From a virus: a DNA stretch of 64,000 nucleotides. Where the stretch lies: IMG/VR virus record IMGVR_UViG_3300044797_000185, positions 1-64,000 of that record; one strand, written 5' to 3'. The position numbers and the translations under genes are program-made. This document shows positions 25,535 to 35,423 of this stretch, piece by piece (position 1 is the first letter of the stretch; each line of letters opens with the position of its first letter). A model generated the notes under the pieces. That model saw only the letters and a program-made list of their open reading frames with translations, searched no databases and was not told the DNA's origin.

Positions 25535-26051
25535 TTTGAAGAAATGGGCTATTCTAGCCCTTATTGTTATCGGTGGACTATTCGGCTTCAAAGCTTGCAG
25601 AAAAGTGCAGCAGAAGCAAGATAAACAGGCTACAAGCCCTGTTCTAGGCCCTAATCAACAGGAGAAAATCACTGTTGACCCAACAAAACACACAATTACA
25701 GTAGTAACTAAGAATGGAACTACTACTACATACTTACCTGATAGACCTACTCAGATTATTGAATCAAAAGATGGTAAACTTTCAGTTATTGATCACAAGT
25801 ATGGGACTGAAGTTAAGCCATTTTTAGGATTTGGAACAGATTTAGAAGGTTCCCCACGAGTACATATCGGAGCAGATTTATTCTATTGGAATAAATTTGA
25901 CTTAGGAACTGGACTTGCTTTTAATGCAACACACCTGAAAGATACACGATTAGCTCTTAACTTGTCATACAATTTTTATAGTAACACGAGTATTGCTTTC
26001 TCATTTGACAACCATAAAACACCTGGACTCTTCCTTAAAGTTCGTTTCTAA
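25503..26051 (+). CDS. Membrane-anchored protein with beta-strand C-terminus (possible spanin or outer-membrane protein)
   Basis: N-terminal TM segment (WAILALIVIGGLFGF); C-terminal alternating strands ending LFLKVRF. Confidence 0.4.
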   Translation: MEMILQSLKANLKKWAILALIVIGGLFGFKACRKVQQKQDKQATSPVLGPNQQEKITVDPTKHTITVVTKNGTTTTYLPDRPTQIIESKDGKLSVIDHKYGTEVKPFLGFGTDLEGSPRVHIGADLFYWNKFDLGTGLAFNATHLKDTRLALNLSYNFYSNTSIAFSFDNHKTPGLFLKVRF

Positions 26052-26086
26052 ATCGTAAAATCTAACTCCTGTACACAGAGGTCCCA

Positions 26087-26590
26087 ATGAAAGATGAAAA
26101 CTTAACTGGTATCTATAAAATTTCATTTAATATAGAAATTGAATCCCAAGACGAACTCGCCTTGTCGGATCTTTCTTTTCTATTGACAGAGGGAGTTGGG
26201 GAAGCTCTTGCCGCAAAAGTTTCTTATTTAGCAGTAGAGAAGGTTGAGAAGACAGGGCATATCGAACCCAAAGTATTTAAAATTGGCGATAAAGTTCAAT
26301 TGAGGGATTCACTTACAATAAAAGCAAATATTTATTCTGATGATGGGTATCATTTTATTGGTCAACCAAGTGATATTTCCGAAATTGTCACAGAAGAACC
26401 AATATCTCTTGATATCGAAGCAGGAAGTATTGGATATGTTAATAGCATATTAAATGGAAAAATAGAAATTACAGATTTAGATAGACCCATTACAAGTTAT
26501 CAAGCTATCGGAATTGAAGCTGTGAATGTCGATCTTATTACAGTAGACGCAGAACAATTAGAAAAACTTGATTCAAATGAGGTAAAGTAA
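26087..26590 (+). CDS. Hypothetical acidic protein
   Basis: 167-aa ORF with GAGG SD. Confidence 0.6.
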   Translation: MKDENLTGIYKISFNIEIESQDELALSDLSFLLTEGVGEALAAKVSYLAVEKVEKTGHIEPKVFKIGDKVQLRDSLTIKANIYSDDGYHFIGQPSDISEIVTEEPISLDIEAGSIGYVNSILNGKIEITDLDRPITSYQAIGIEAVNVDLITVDAEQLEKLDSNEVK

Positions 26591-27754
26591 ATGCCTTTTA
26601 CACCTGTCACTCCTATAATCTCAAGCGTTACAGATCATACAGCTATAATTACCAAAGGTTCTGATGGCAATGGAGCTGGTACATATTATTCTTTCCAAGT
26701 TACGTATAATGTAGGTTTAGTCACTCAGGTAAAGTATTTATTTTCCGATGGAACTTTTAGTGATATTCCAGTTTGGATGAATGTTACTTCCATAACTGCT
26801 ACCGCTTTGATTCCTAATACCTTATTTAGTGTTGCATTAGCAGCTGCAACGGATGCTCTTGGTACAGGGAATACGGGGTATGGACCTCCAGCTACTTTTA
26901 CAACGGCATCTTCGATCCCATTGTTTCAGCCCTTCAGTGCAATTTATTCCACTCAAGTAACTGCTAATTGGTTGCCAAATTTTAATAATGATGAAACACA
27001 ATATTTCGTTCAGCTTTCTACAGATCCCGCATTTAACTTTAATGTAATTAATAGTGGATGGGTTACAGATAATTCTTATGTTTTTAACAATCTTCTACCT
27101 AATACAATTTATTATGGGGAAGTAAAGTCACGTAACAGTGTACTTGCAGAAACGGCATATACTACTTTAGGATCAGTTACTCTTCCAGCTGGTCCCGCTA
27201 CGGTTATGGGAACTCGTTCGACGAATCTCTTGGCCAACCGTGGCTTTCTTATTCAATGGGCAGCAAATGTTGAGCCTAATATCTTTGTTTACAGAGTATA
27301 TAGAAGCAGCAGCCCAACTGATAACAGTAGTTTTCAAGTTATTGGTACAACTCCAGCAAATGTAACTTCTTTTGTTGATAATGTTCCATTTACGTTTGGA
27401 ATTTCTTGGTATTATAAGGTAACTGCTTTAGATAATGGGAATAACGAAAGTAGTTTAAGTTTAACTTCTCCTGTACAAGACATGAGCTTTAGCCAGTTTG
27501 TCGAACAACCTTTCCCAACTCAAGTTGAAGTTAATGATTTGATTAATGGTGAAATTCCAAGTGGTTCATTGAATGGTACGAATGTGTTATTTACAACTAC
27601 CTATCCATTTAAGGCTAGTACGCTTTCTGTATTTTTAAATGGTGTAAAATTGATGAGAAATGTCGATTATACTTTGAATATTCCACAGCAATTTACTTTG
27701 GTTAGTGCACCACTTTCAACTGATTACCTACGTGTCGATTACTTGAAATTCTAA
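26591..27754 (+). CDS. FN3-repeat virion protein
   Basis: Three FN3-like domains (LLPNTIYYGEVKS; YRVYRS...YYKVTALD) and a C-terminal GEIPSG..NGTN.LF...VFLNGV...DY module. Confidence 0.75.
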   Translation: MPFTPVTPIISSVTDHTAIITKGSDGNGAGTYYSFQVTYNVGLVTQVKYLFSDGTFSDIPVWMNVTSITATALIPNTLFSVALAAATDALGTGNTGYGPPATFTTASSIPLFQPFSAIYSTQVTANWLPNFNNDETQYFVQLSTDPAFNFNVINSGWVTDNSYVFNNLLPNTIYYGEVKSRNSVLAETAYTTLGSVTLPAGPATVMGTRSTNLLANRGFLIQWAANVEPNIFVYRVYRSSSPTDNSSFQVIGTTPANVTSFVDNVPFTFGISWYYKVTALDNGNNESSLSLTSPVQDMSFSQFVEQPFPTQVEVNDLINGEIPSGSLNGTNVLFTTTYPFKASTLSVFLNGVKLMRNVDYTLNIPQQFTLVSAPLSTDYLRVDYLKF

Positions 27755-27763
27755 GGAAAATAT

Positions 27764-30466
27764 ATGCCATTAAACTTTAAACACATTAATGCTGGTGAAC
27801 AGATATTTGATGGATCTTTTACTACTCCACTTTTTGCAGATGGCGTAGTTACTGCTAATAAACTGGGAGTTGCAGCTGGTTTGACAATCCAGGATATTAC
27901 TTATGCAGCAGTAAATGGTGGAGCTGGTGGAAATGCTATCACAATTCAGTATGTAGAAGATGGAATAGCTGGACTAGAAACTGTTACCGTTTCTGGCACA
28001 GCCATCACTGTTCATATTGGAAATCATACTGTTCTTGGTTCTACAGCCACACAAGTTCAAGCCGCTATTTTAACTTCAGCTGCTGCATCTTTGTTAGTTA
28101 CACCCGTTATAACAGGAACTCCAAGTAATATTCAGTTGGGAACGGGTGTAACATCTTTGACAGGTGGAATAACAGGTGGGACAGGAGTTTCTTCAATTCA
28201 TGCTGACAGCTTTCCAGATTTAGTGGGGGCTGTTCAACTGGTATCTGGTACTAACATTACTCTTTCTCAAACAGGTCAAGCCATTACGATTAATTCTAGC
28301 GGATCTGGTAGTGCAGTTTGGGGCACCATAACAGGAACACTTTCGAATCAAACAGATTTGGAAACAGCCTTAAATAGTAAACAAAATACATTAACTATAG
28401 GAAATTTAACGGATACTGGAACTGATGGTATTACTATCACTAGTGGAACAGGATCAGTTATAGGAAGTGGAACGTCTATTGCACAACATGTTGCTGACAC
28501 TACTCATTCTGGATATCTTTCCTCTTCAGATTGGAATACCTTTAATAGTAAACAGCCCAGTGGTAATTATTTAACAACTACCTTAGCCGATGCAAATATA
28601 TTTATTGGTAATGTTAGCAATATAGCCACTGCTGTACCCTTGTCAGGAGATGTTTCTATTTCTGTCAGTGGAGTTGTCCATGTAAATAGTGTACAAAATA
28701 ACTCTATTATTAGTAGTTCTATCGCTTCTGGTCAAGTTGTTAAAAGTGTTAATTCATTAACTGATGCAGTTGTATTGGCCGCTGGAACAAATATCACAAT
28801 TACTCCTTCTGGTAATACACTAACATTTGCTTCAACAGGAAGTGGAAGCGGAACAATTAATACTGGATCTCAATATGATTTGGCTTATTATGCTGCTAAT
28901 GGAACAACCTTGTCTCCTCTTCCTCGATTGGGGGCTAATGGAGTTGTTGTAACGGATAGTAATGGTCTTCCAATTTCTAGTGGAGCTTTACCTTACAATT
29001 ATATCTTTTTTGATGGTTCTCTCCAAAATAGCAATTTTAGTGCTGCTGCAAATATAAATATTTCTGCACTTTCTTCTGGTGCACCTAATCAGTTATTGGG
29101 TGTATCAGCGGGGGCAAATACTTGGGCTGCTACTGAGAGTTTAATTCATGCTGTAAATACGCAAACACAAACATTGTTACCAAACGGCACTGTGTTATCT
29201 GCTGGTGGTGGTAATACCTCTGTTTGGACAAATTTTGCTGAAATATATACCCCCTCTTCTGGTACTTGGGTTGAAACTGGCAATTTAAATCATGGCAGAG
29301 ATGGTCATTGTGCTGTTCTTCTATTAGATGGACAGGTATTACTTGGTGGTGGAGATGATGGCAGTAATATTTTAAATGTATGCGAACTCTACAATCCCGC
29401 CACTGGACTTTGGACTCTGACAGGTAGTTTTAATACAGCTAGATATTTTACATCTTTCACTCTACTACCTAACGGAATGGTATTATGTGCAGGTGGTGTC
29501 GGAACTGTAGGAGCACTTACTTCCTGTGAACTCTACAATCCCGCCACTGGACTTTGGACAGTTACTGGTAGTATGGCCAATGCTCGAAATTCTAATGGTG
29601 GAACGATGGCTGTCTTGCTTCAGAACGGCACCGTATTAATAGCAGGTGGAGATGACACAGTTAATCCCACTGCTTCAGCTGAAATTTATAACCCAGTAAC
29701 TGGCACTTGGTCAGCTACAGGTAGTTTAAATACAGCTAGAACTTCTCAAGGTATGAATTTATTTCCAAATGGGACTGTATTAGTAAATGGTGGCTTTGGT
29801 CCTGGTTTTACAGCAACCAATACTTCTGAAATTTATAATCCTGTTACAGGAACATGGTCTACAACAGGGAATTTAAATACGGCTAGAGCCGCACATATTT
29901 CTGTATTATTGCCTAGTGGAATGGTATTAGTAAATGGAGGAGGTTTTCCAATCACTAATACTTCTGAACTCTACAATCCCGCCACTGGTACATGGGCTTT
30001 GGTAGGGAATTCATCTGTTTCAGTATATAATCAAGCAGCAACTTTATTGCCTACAGGCGAAGTATTAATGGCTGGTGGTTATAATGGCACTTCTACTACG
30101 GCTGTCGCTGAATTATTTTCCTCTTTAACTAATGAATGGAAAACATTAACAGGTACTTCAAATCAGATTGTAGTAACTAATACGGCGGGAGTAATTACTT
30201 TATCAACCCCTCAAAATATTGGTATAACTTCTACTCCTACTTTTGCATCTTTAACTCTTACAAGTCCTCTAGCAGTAGCCGAAGGTGGAACTGGAACAAC
30301 TACTCCTAGTCTTATTGCAGGAACAAATGTAACAATAACTGGTTCTTGGCCAGATCAAACAATTAATGCAACAGGTGGTGGAGGTAGTTTTGATGTTGAT
30401 ACTATTTTGACATCATTAGCAGGAGAAGTTTTAGTAAATTCAAGTGGCAATGTTTTAGTTGCCTAA
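27764..30466 (+). CDS. Tail fibre with Kelch beta-propeller
   Basis: About six Kelch blades (LxNGxVLxxGG...ELYNPxTGxWxxTGxxNxAR) at roughly 29140-30130, flanked by fibre repeats. Confidence 0.8.
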   Translation: MPLNFKHINAGEQIFDGSFTTPLFADGVVTANKLGVAAGLTIQDITYAAVNGGAGGNAITIQYVEDGIAGLETVTVSGTAITVHIGNHTVLGSTATQVQAAILTSAAASLLVTPVITGTPSNIQLGTGVTSLTGGITGGTGVSSIHADSFPDLVGAVQLVSGTNITLSQTGQAITINSSGSGSAVWGTITGTLSNQTDLETALNSKQNTLTIGNLTDTGTDGITITSGTGSVIGSGTSIAQHVADTTHSGYLSSSDWNTFNSKQPSGNYLTTTLADANIFIGNVSNIATAVPLSGDVSISVSGVVHVNSVQNNSIISSSIASGQVVKSVNSLTDAVVLAAGTNITITPSGNTLTFASTGSGSGTINTGSQYDLAYYAANGTTLSPLPRLGANGVVVTDSNGLPISSGALPYNYIFFDGSLQNSNFSAAANINISALSSGAPNQLLGVSAGANTWAATESLIHAVNTQTQTLLPNGTVLSAGGGNTSVWTNFAEIYTPSSGTWVETGNLNHGRDGHCAVLLLDGQVLLGGGDDGSNILNVCELYNPATGLWTLTGSFNTARYFTSFTLLPNGMVLCAGGVGTVGALTSCELYNPATGLWTVTGSMANARNSNGGTMAVLLQNGTVLIAGGDDTVNPTASAEIYNPVTGTWSATGSLNTARTSQGMNLFPNGTVLVNGGFGPGFTATNTSEIYNPVTGTWSTTGNLNTARAAHISVLLPSGMVLVNGGGFPITNTSELYNPATGTWALVGNSSVSVYNQAATLLPTGEVLMAGGYNGTSTTAVAELFSSLTNEWKTLTGTSNQIVVTNTAGVITLSTPQNIGITSTPTFASLTLTSPLAVAEGGTGTTTPSLIAGTNVTITGSWPDQTINATGGGGSFDVDTILTSLAGEVLVNSSGNVLVA

Positions 30467-30481
30467 TTTTAAGGAGCCAAT

Positions 30482-31090
30482 ATGTCATTTCATAACGCAG
30501 AAGTCGGATATTCAATACATACATCAAATGCATTCACCTATGCAAATGCAGCCGCTAGAACAGGAGCTTCTGGATTAGTACTTGCTGATAATGGTAAAAT
30601 TGCATTACAATCAGATACCATGGATTATTATATTTTAACTGATTACACTGGTCCAACTTGGAAAGAAATTACAGGTGGCGGCGGTGGTAGTTCTCCAGTT
30701 GTCGTTTCAAATTTTCAAAATGGCACTTTCGTTACAAATGCTAGTACTTCTACTTTTGTAAGTACGGGCTTAACTGTTACTACTACTGCTTCTTCTTCGA
30801 TAAGTCCAATTATGATTAGTGCCGTTGTCGAAACAGAAGCTAACAATAGTACTTATATAAAATTTCAGATTTATAGAGATGCTACGATTATTTATGGACC
30901 TATTACGGCTGCTTTTCTTACAAGTGGCGGTGGACAAAGTATTCCTCTTCAATATGTAGATGTTCCAGGAGATACATCTCCTCATACCTATACAATTGGT
31001 TTTGCTCCAGAAGCGGGGGGAGTTACTGCTTATGTGCTCAATAATAGTACTCCAGGTGGACAAGGTACATTGATTGCCATTGCTTTCTAA
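30482..31090 (+). CDS. Short fibre/receptor-binding-like protein
   Basis: C-terminal lectin-like beta domain (…VDVPGDTSPHTYTI…), similar to the end of 31487. Confidence 0.55.
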   Translation: MSFHNAEVGYSIHTSNAFTYANAAARTGASGLVLADNGKIALQSDTMDYYILTDYTGPTWKEITGGGGGSSPVVVSNFQNGTFVTNASTSTFVSTGLTVTTTASSSISPIMISAVVETEANNSTYIKFQIYRDATIIYGPITAAFLTSGGGQSIPLQYVDVPGDTSPHTYTIGFAPEAGGVTAYVLNNSTPGGQGTLIAIAF

Positions 31091-31101
31091 TAAAATAGTA
31101 G

Positions 31102-31131
31102 TTGTAAATAATTGAAAAGATATGCTATACT
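31102..31131 (+). promoter_or_regulatory. Sigma70-type promoter
   Basis: TTGTAA-18 nt-TATACT with TG extension. Confidence 0.5.
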
Positions 31132-31165
31132 AAAAAAGAGAAGTTTATATAAAGGAGAAAAGAAA

Positions 31166-31396
31166 ATGAATGATAAGACAGCCGTTGTAGACGCACAAGT
31201 TGTAGACGCTTCCGTTGTTAACCCTAGTCTTGAAGCAATCAATGTTCAAAAAGCAGATTTTACTGCTCAACTTGCTCAAGTACGTAAGGATATGGCACAG
31301 CATCAGCAAAGTTTCGAATCCCTTAAACTAAAAGGTCTTAAGCTTGAAGGTGCATTAGAATCTCTAGAATTACTTTTGAAGTCTCTCCAGAAGTAA
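31166..31396 (+). CDS. Small coiled-coil protein
   Basis: ATG at 31166 with AAGGAG SD; heptad pattern. Confidence 0.7.
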   Translation: MNDKTAVVDAQVVDASVVNPSLEAINVQKADFTAQLAQVRKDMAQHQQSFESLKLKGLKLEGALESLELLLKSLQK

Positions 31397-31416
31397 AAAA
31401 AATCTAACAAAAATTA

Positions 31417-31462
31417 AATAGTAGATTCTTATTGTGGTAATACACAATAAGAATCTACTATT
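31417..31462. repeat. Perfect 20-bp inverted repeat with 6-nt loop
   Basis: AATAGTAGATTCTTATTGTG-gtaata-CACAATAAGAATCTACTATT. Confidence 0.9.
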
Positions 31463-31486
31463 ATGTATAAAATAAGGAATTAATTT

Positions 31487-34075
31487 ATGGGCACTTTTTG
31501 GTCTGTCGATACTAGTGGGGATCTTAACACAGCAGGAAGTATTATTGCTGCTGGTGGAATTACATCAACCAGCATTACAGAAGGGTTTTTACCTCCTCAG
31601 CTTACTACCACACAACGAAATGCTATTCCTACACCCACTACTGGACTTGAGGTATTTAATACCACTACAGGTCAACTTGAATTTTGGAATGGCTCAGCTT
31701 GGGTTGCAGTAGGGAGTACTACTGGTGTTACTTCATTAAATTCTTTAACAGGAGCTTTGTTAATTGTTGGCACTACCAATGAAATTACAGTAACTCCTGC
31801 TGGTTCAAGCATAACTCTTGCCACACCTCAAGCCATTAATACAGGAGCAAGTGTTACTTTTGCACATTTAGCTCTTACAGGTTTAACAAATAGTACCGTT
31901 GTAGTTACAGACGGATCAGACAATTTAGTTTCTAGTTCAACAACAACTACTGAACTTGGATATGTTCATGGTGTAACCTCAGCTATTCAAACACAATTAA
32001 GTTTACTTGCACCTCTAGCTTCCCCCACATTTACAGGTACTGTTACCATCCCAACTTTAACTCTCACTTCTCCTCTTACAGTAGCTAATGGTGGTACAGG
32101 ACAAACCACAGCTGCTGCAGCTTTCAATGCTTTAACTCCAATGACCACCACTGGGGATTTAGAGTATGAATCGGCTTCAAATGTAGCATCAAGATTAGCT
32201 ATTGGATCTTCAGGACAAGTACTTACAGTTGTTTCAGGTGTTCCAGCATGGGCTGCAGCAACAGGAACAACATATACTGCAGGAACAGGTTTAACATTAA
32301 CTGGAACAGTTTTCAGTCTTACAAATCCAGTTACAGTTGCATTAGGTGGTACAGGACTTGCTACTCTTACAGCGCATAATGTTATGTTGGGTGAAGGAAC
32401 AAGCAATGTAGCCTTTGCTGCACCTGGAACTTCAGGTCAATTATTTATATCTCAAGGTGCTTCATCAGATCCAGCATTTGAAGCAATGTCAGGAGATGCT
32501 ACAATCTTATCTACTGGTGTATTAACATTAGCAACGGTTAATAGCAATGTAGGATCATTTGGATCAAGTACATCAATTCCCTCTTTCACAGTAAATGCTA
32601 AAGGATTAATAACAGCTGCATCTGGTAACGTGGTTATTGCTCCAGCAGGAACTCTTTCAGGTACAACCCTAAATAGCACAGTTGTTTCAAGTTCTCTTAC
32701 TTCAGTAGGAACAATCACTTCTGGTACTTGGACTGGAACAACCATAGCTATTGCTAACGGTGGAACAGGTGACACATCTTTAACAGCATATGCAGTTCTT
32801 TGTGGTGGTACTACATCAACTGCAGCAATTCAATCTATTGCTTCTGTAGGTACATCTGGTCAAGTATTAACCAGTAATGGTGCAGGAGCACTTCCAACTT
32901 TTCAAACTTCTACTGGTGGTGTTACATCGATTACTGGAACAACCAATGAAGTTATTGCATCAGCTTCTACTGGTGCTGTAACATTGTCTCTTCCACAAGC
33001 TATAGCGACAACTTCCAGTGTTACTTTTGGTGAAATAACTATAGGAAGTTTGGGCCAGGGACAGATAAGTACTGGTGGTGCTGGTAGTCCTCTTCAAATA
33101 GCAGCAGCTAATACTTTAACACTAGTCGCTGGAAGTGGATCAGGCCAAATAGTATGTAATGCAAATGCTGTAGTACCTATCACATCCAATGGTGTGACTC
33201 TTGGTACAACCTCGTTACCTTTTTCAAATATTTTTACAAAACAAGAAATAGTATTTCAAGAAACAGGTGCTGGCACCAACAATATCGAACTATCGGCACC
33301 TGCTTCAATAGGAACATCTTATTCCTTAGTTTTACCATCTGCTCAAGGTGGAGCTTCCACGTTTTTACAGAATGATGGTAGTGGTAATTTAAGTTGGACT
33401 GCTGGTGGTAGTGGAACAGTAAATAGTGGAACAGCTACTCATCTTTCCTACTATGCCACATCAACTAATGCTGTTTCTGATGCTGCAAGTAATACAATAT
33501 CTGGTTCTTATACATTCAGTGGTGGAGCTGGAGCACTTACAATGTCTAGTTCTACTATAGCTATGGGTTCCAACAAGATTACAGGTCTTGCTAATGGAAC
33601 AGCAGCAAGTGATGCTGTTGCTTTTGCTCAAGTTCTAGGCTTCAGGGTTTTACAGGTGGTATCAAATAACACGTCAACTACCACCACATCCTCTACTACA
33701 ACTTATGCAGATGCGACGAATTTGAATGTTACGATCACGCCCACCTTATCCACAAGTACTATCTGGATTATTGCATCCGTAAATTGTCTAGCGAATAATT
33801 CTGCGACTCAAATATGCTCTGTTGGTTTGAGGATTGTTCGTGGATCATCTACTGTTATAAGCACGTATGAAGGCGTTTGCTCACTCGGTGGTGGATCTGC
33901 TACTTCTGGAAGAAATACGAGCCAGGTCTTACTTTTTAAACCAGATTCTCCTGCTACTACATCAGCCACTACTTATAAAATCCAGATGAATAGTGGCAAT
34001 GGAACGGCTACCGCTTCCGTGAATGACCAAAATATCGCAACTGGGTCGTTCATATATGCCATTGAGATAGGATAA
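31487..34075 (+). CDS. Long tail fibre protein
   Basis: 862 aa, G/T/S/A-rich with V.NGGTG and GQVLT repeats. Confidence 0.8.
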   Translation: MGTFWSVDTSGDLNTAGSIIAAGGITSTSITEGFLPPQLTTTQRNAIPTPTTGLEVFNTTTGQLEFWNGSAWVAVGSTTGVTSLNSLTGALLIVGTTNEITVTPAGSSITLATPQAINTGASVTFAHLALTGLTNSTVVVTDGSDNLVSSSTTTTELGYVHGVTSAIQTQLSLLAPLASPTFTGTVTIPTLTLTSPLTVANGGTGQTTAAAAFNALTPMTTTGDLEYESASNVASRLAIGSSGQVLTVVSGVPAWAAATGTTYTAGTGLTLTGTVFSLTNPVTVALGGTGLATLTAHNVMLGEGTSNVAFAAPGTSGQLFISQGASSDPAFEAMSGDATILSTGVLTLATVNSNVGSFGSSTSIPSFTVNAKGLITAASGNVVIAPAGTLSGTTLNSTVVSSSLTSVGTITSGTWTGTTIAIANGGTGDTSLTAYAVLCGGTTSTAAIQSIASVGTSGQVLTSNGAGALPTFQTSTGGVTSITGTTNEVIASASTGAVTLSLPQAIATTSSVTFGEITIGSLGQGQISTGGAGSPLQIAAANTLTLVAGSGSGQIVCNANAVVPITSNGVTLGTTSLPFSNIFTKQEIVFQETGAGTNNIELSAPASIGTSYSLVLPSAQGGASTFLQNDGSGNLSWTAGGSGTVNSGTATHLSYYATSTNAVSDAASNTISGSYTFSGGAGALTMSSSTIAMGSNKITGLANGTAASDAVAFAQVLGFRVLQVVSNNTSTTTTSSTTTYADATNLNVTITPTLSTSTIWIIASVNCLANNSATQICSVGLRIVRGSSTVISTYEGVCSLGGGSATSGRNTSQVLLFKPDSPATTSATTYKIQMNSGNGTATASVNDQNIATGSFIYAIEIG

Positions 34076-34078
34076 TTT

Positions 34079-34240
34079 ATGAAAAATCAAGATATTGTTA
34101 AAGCATTACTAGTGCTAACCCCAGGAGCACAGTGGGTTATTCATGGTGATACATTGGACGGCATTGAATGGCTTGATACCATCCAAACCAGACCAACTGA
34201 TGATGAAATCATTGCACAAATAGCAGCACAAGGAAAATAA
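34079..34240 (+). CDS. 53-aa fibre-associated protein (XkdW-like), absent from the ORF track
   Basis: MKNQDIVKALLVLTPGAQWVIHGD...IEWLD...RPTDDEI. Confidence 0.6.
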   Translation: MKNQDIVKALLVLTPGAQWVIHGDTLDGIEWLDTIQTRPTDDEIIAQIAAQGK

Positions 34241-34242
34241 TC

Positions 34243-34839
34243 ATGGGTGATTCAACTGAATCTGGAGTCTATCAGATTCTTAATAAAGTTAATGGAAAAC
34301 GATATATTGGTTCTGCTGTTAATTTTATGAAACGTTGGTCTGATCATAGGACTCATTTGACTAAAAATATTCATCCAAATGATTACTTACAAAAATCAGT
34401 TAATAAGTATGGTCTTGATTCATTTAATTTTGAGATTGTTGAGAAAGTTACAGATCTTACACAATTGTTACAACGTGAACAATATTGGATGGATTATTAT
34501 AAGAGTTCTGATGATTTGTTTGGATATAATATTCGTTTAAATGCTCAAAATAATAAGGGACTTAAACATTCAGATGAGACTAAGCAAAAAATGAGATTAG
34601 CTCATCTCGGTAAAAAGCAATCTCTTGATCATATTAAAAATGCTGCTGATTCTCATAGAGGTAAAAAACGTACTGAAGAACAAGCTAAACGATGCGCTCG
34701 TACTTGGTCAGATGAACAAAGACAGCAACGTAGTGAACAACAAAAACAAATTTTTAAACGTGATGGTATGTCAGAAGAAACACGTCAAAAATGTAGAGAC
34801 GCTGCTTTAAAGCAGTGGGAATTAAAAAAACAAATCTAA
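34243..34839 (+). CDS. GIY-YIG homing endonuclease with NUMOD3-like repeats
   Basis: SGVYQILNKVNGKRYIGSA...HPNDYLQKSVNKYG; KHSDETKQKM. Confidence 0.9.
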   Translation: MGDSTESGVYQILNKVNGKRYIGSAVNFMKRWSDHRTHLTKNIHPNDYLQKSVNKYGLDSFNFEIVEKVTDLTQLLQREQYWMDYYKSSDDLFGYNIRLNAQNNKGLKHSDETKQKMRLAHLGKKQSLDHIKNAADSHRGKKRTEEQAKRCARTWSDEQRQQRSEQQKQIFKRDGMSEETRQKCRDAALKQWELKKQI

Positions 34840-34857
34840 ACAGCGAGGTACACTACA

Positions 34858-35421
34858 ATCGGAGACTCCTTTCAGATACTTCCTGATCAAAGTCAATTCG
34901 GTCCAGATTCTTTGGAATGGTATTTTATGTCCATTCGTGAGAAAGATAAATGGATTTTGAACATGAGTGGCGAACGCATTCTTCTTTATAAACGTCGCTA
35001 TGAAGGTCAACGTTGTCCTAAATTTGACACTGTTCGCCATACAAGTGCACAACATGAGGATACAATTTGTTATGGCACAGGATGGATTGCGCCTGATGCT
35101 AATATGACTGGAGATAATGCAGGTGGTCCTTACTATGGATTTTTTCAACCTATTGAAATTGTTGTGAGTTTGCTTTCAAGTGGACCAGAAGATTTAGCAC
35201 TTACAGATTACGGGCAACAACGAATTTTTAAACCTCATTCTTGGACACTCTATGAGCCACTTTTAACTCCTGGAGATATGCTTGTTCGTCGAAATAATGA
35301 AAGATTTCTTGTTACTGAAGTATTTCTCCGACGTTGGAAGCATTATGTTTTACACCAAGATTTTAATTTAGCTGAAGTGGAACGTGGAAGCATCCTTTAT
35401 CAATTACCTAGTGGGTTATAA
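34858..35421 (+). CDS. Putative head-closure/neck protein (start codon uncertain)
   Basis: GERILLYKRR...C...CYGTGW...LTPGDMLVRR. The frame is open from 34840. Candidate starts: ATC 34858 (SD GAGGT), TTG 34912, ATG 34927. Confidence 0.55.
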   Translation: MGDSFQILPDQSQFGPDSLEWYFMSIREKDKWILNMSGERILLYKRRYEGQRCPKFDTVRHTSAQHEDTICYGTGWIAPDANMTGDNAGGPYYGFFQPIEIVVSLLSSGPEDLALTDYGQQRIFKPHSWTLYEPLLTPGDMLVRRNNERFLVTEVFLRRWKHYVLHQDFNLAEVERGSILYQLPSGL

Positions 35422-35423
35422 AA

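Noticed and set aside
34243-34860. Group I intron around the GIY-YIG gene
   Set aside because: Only about 18 nt lie outside the ORF, leaving no room for a ribozyme core, and I saw no P7-like motifs. RT-PCR would be decisive.
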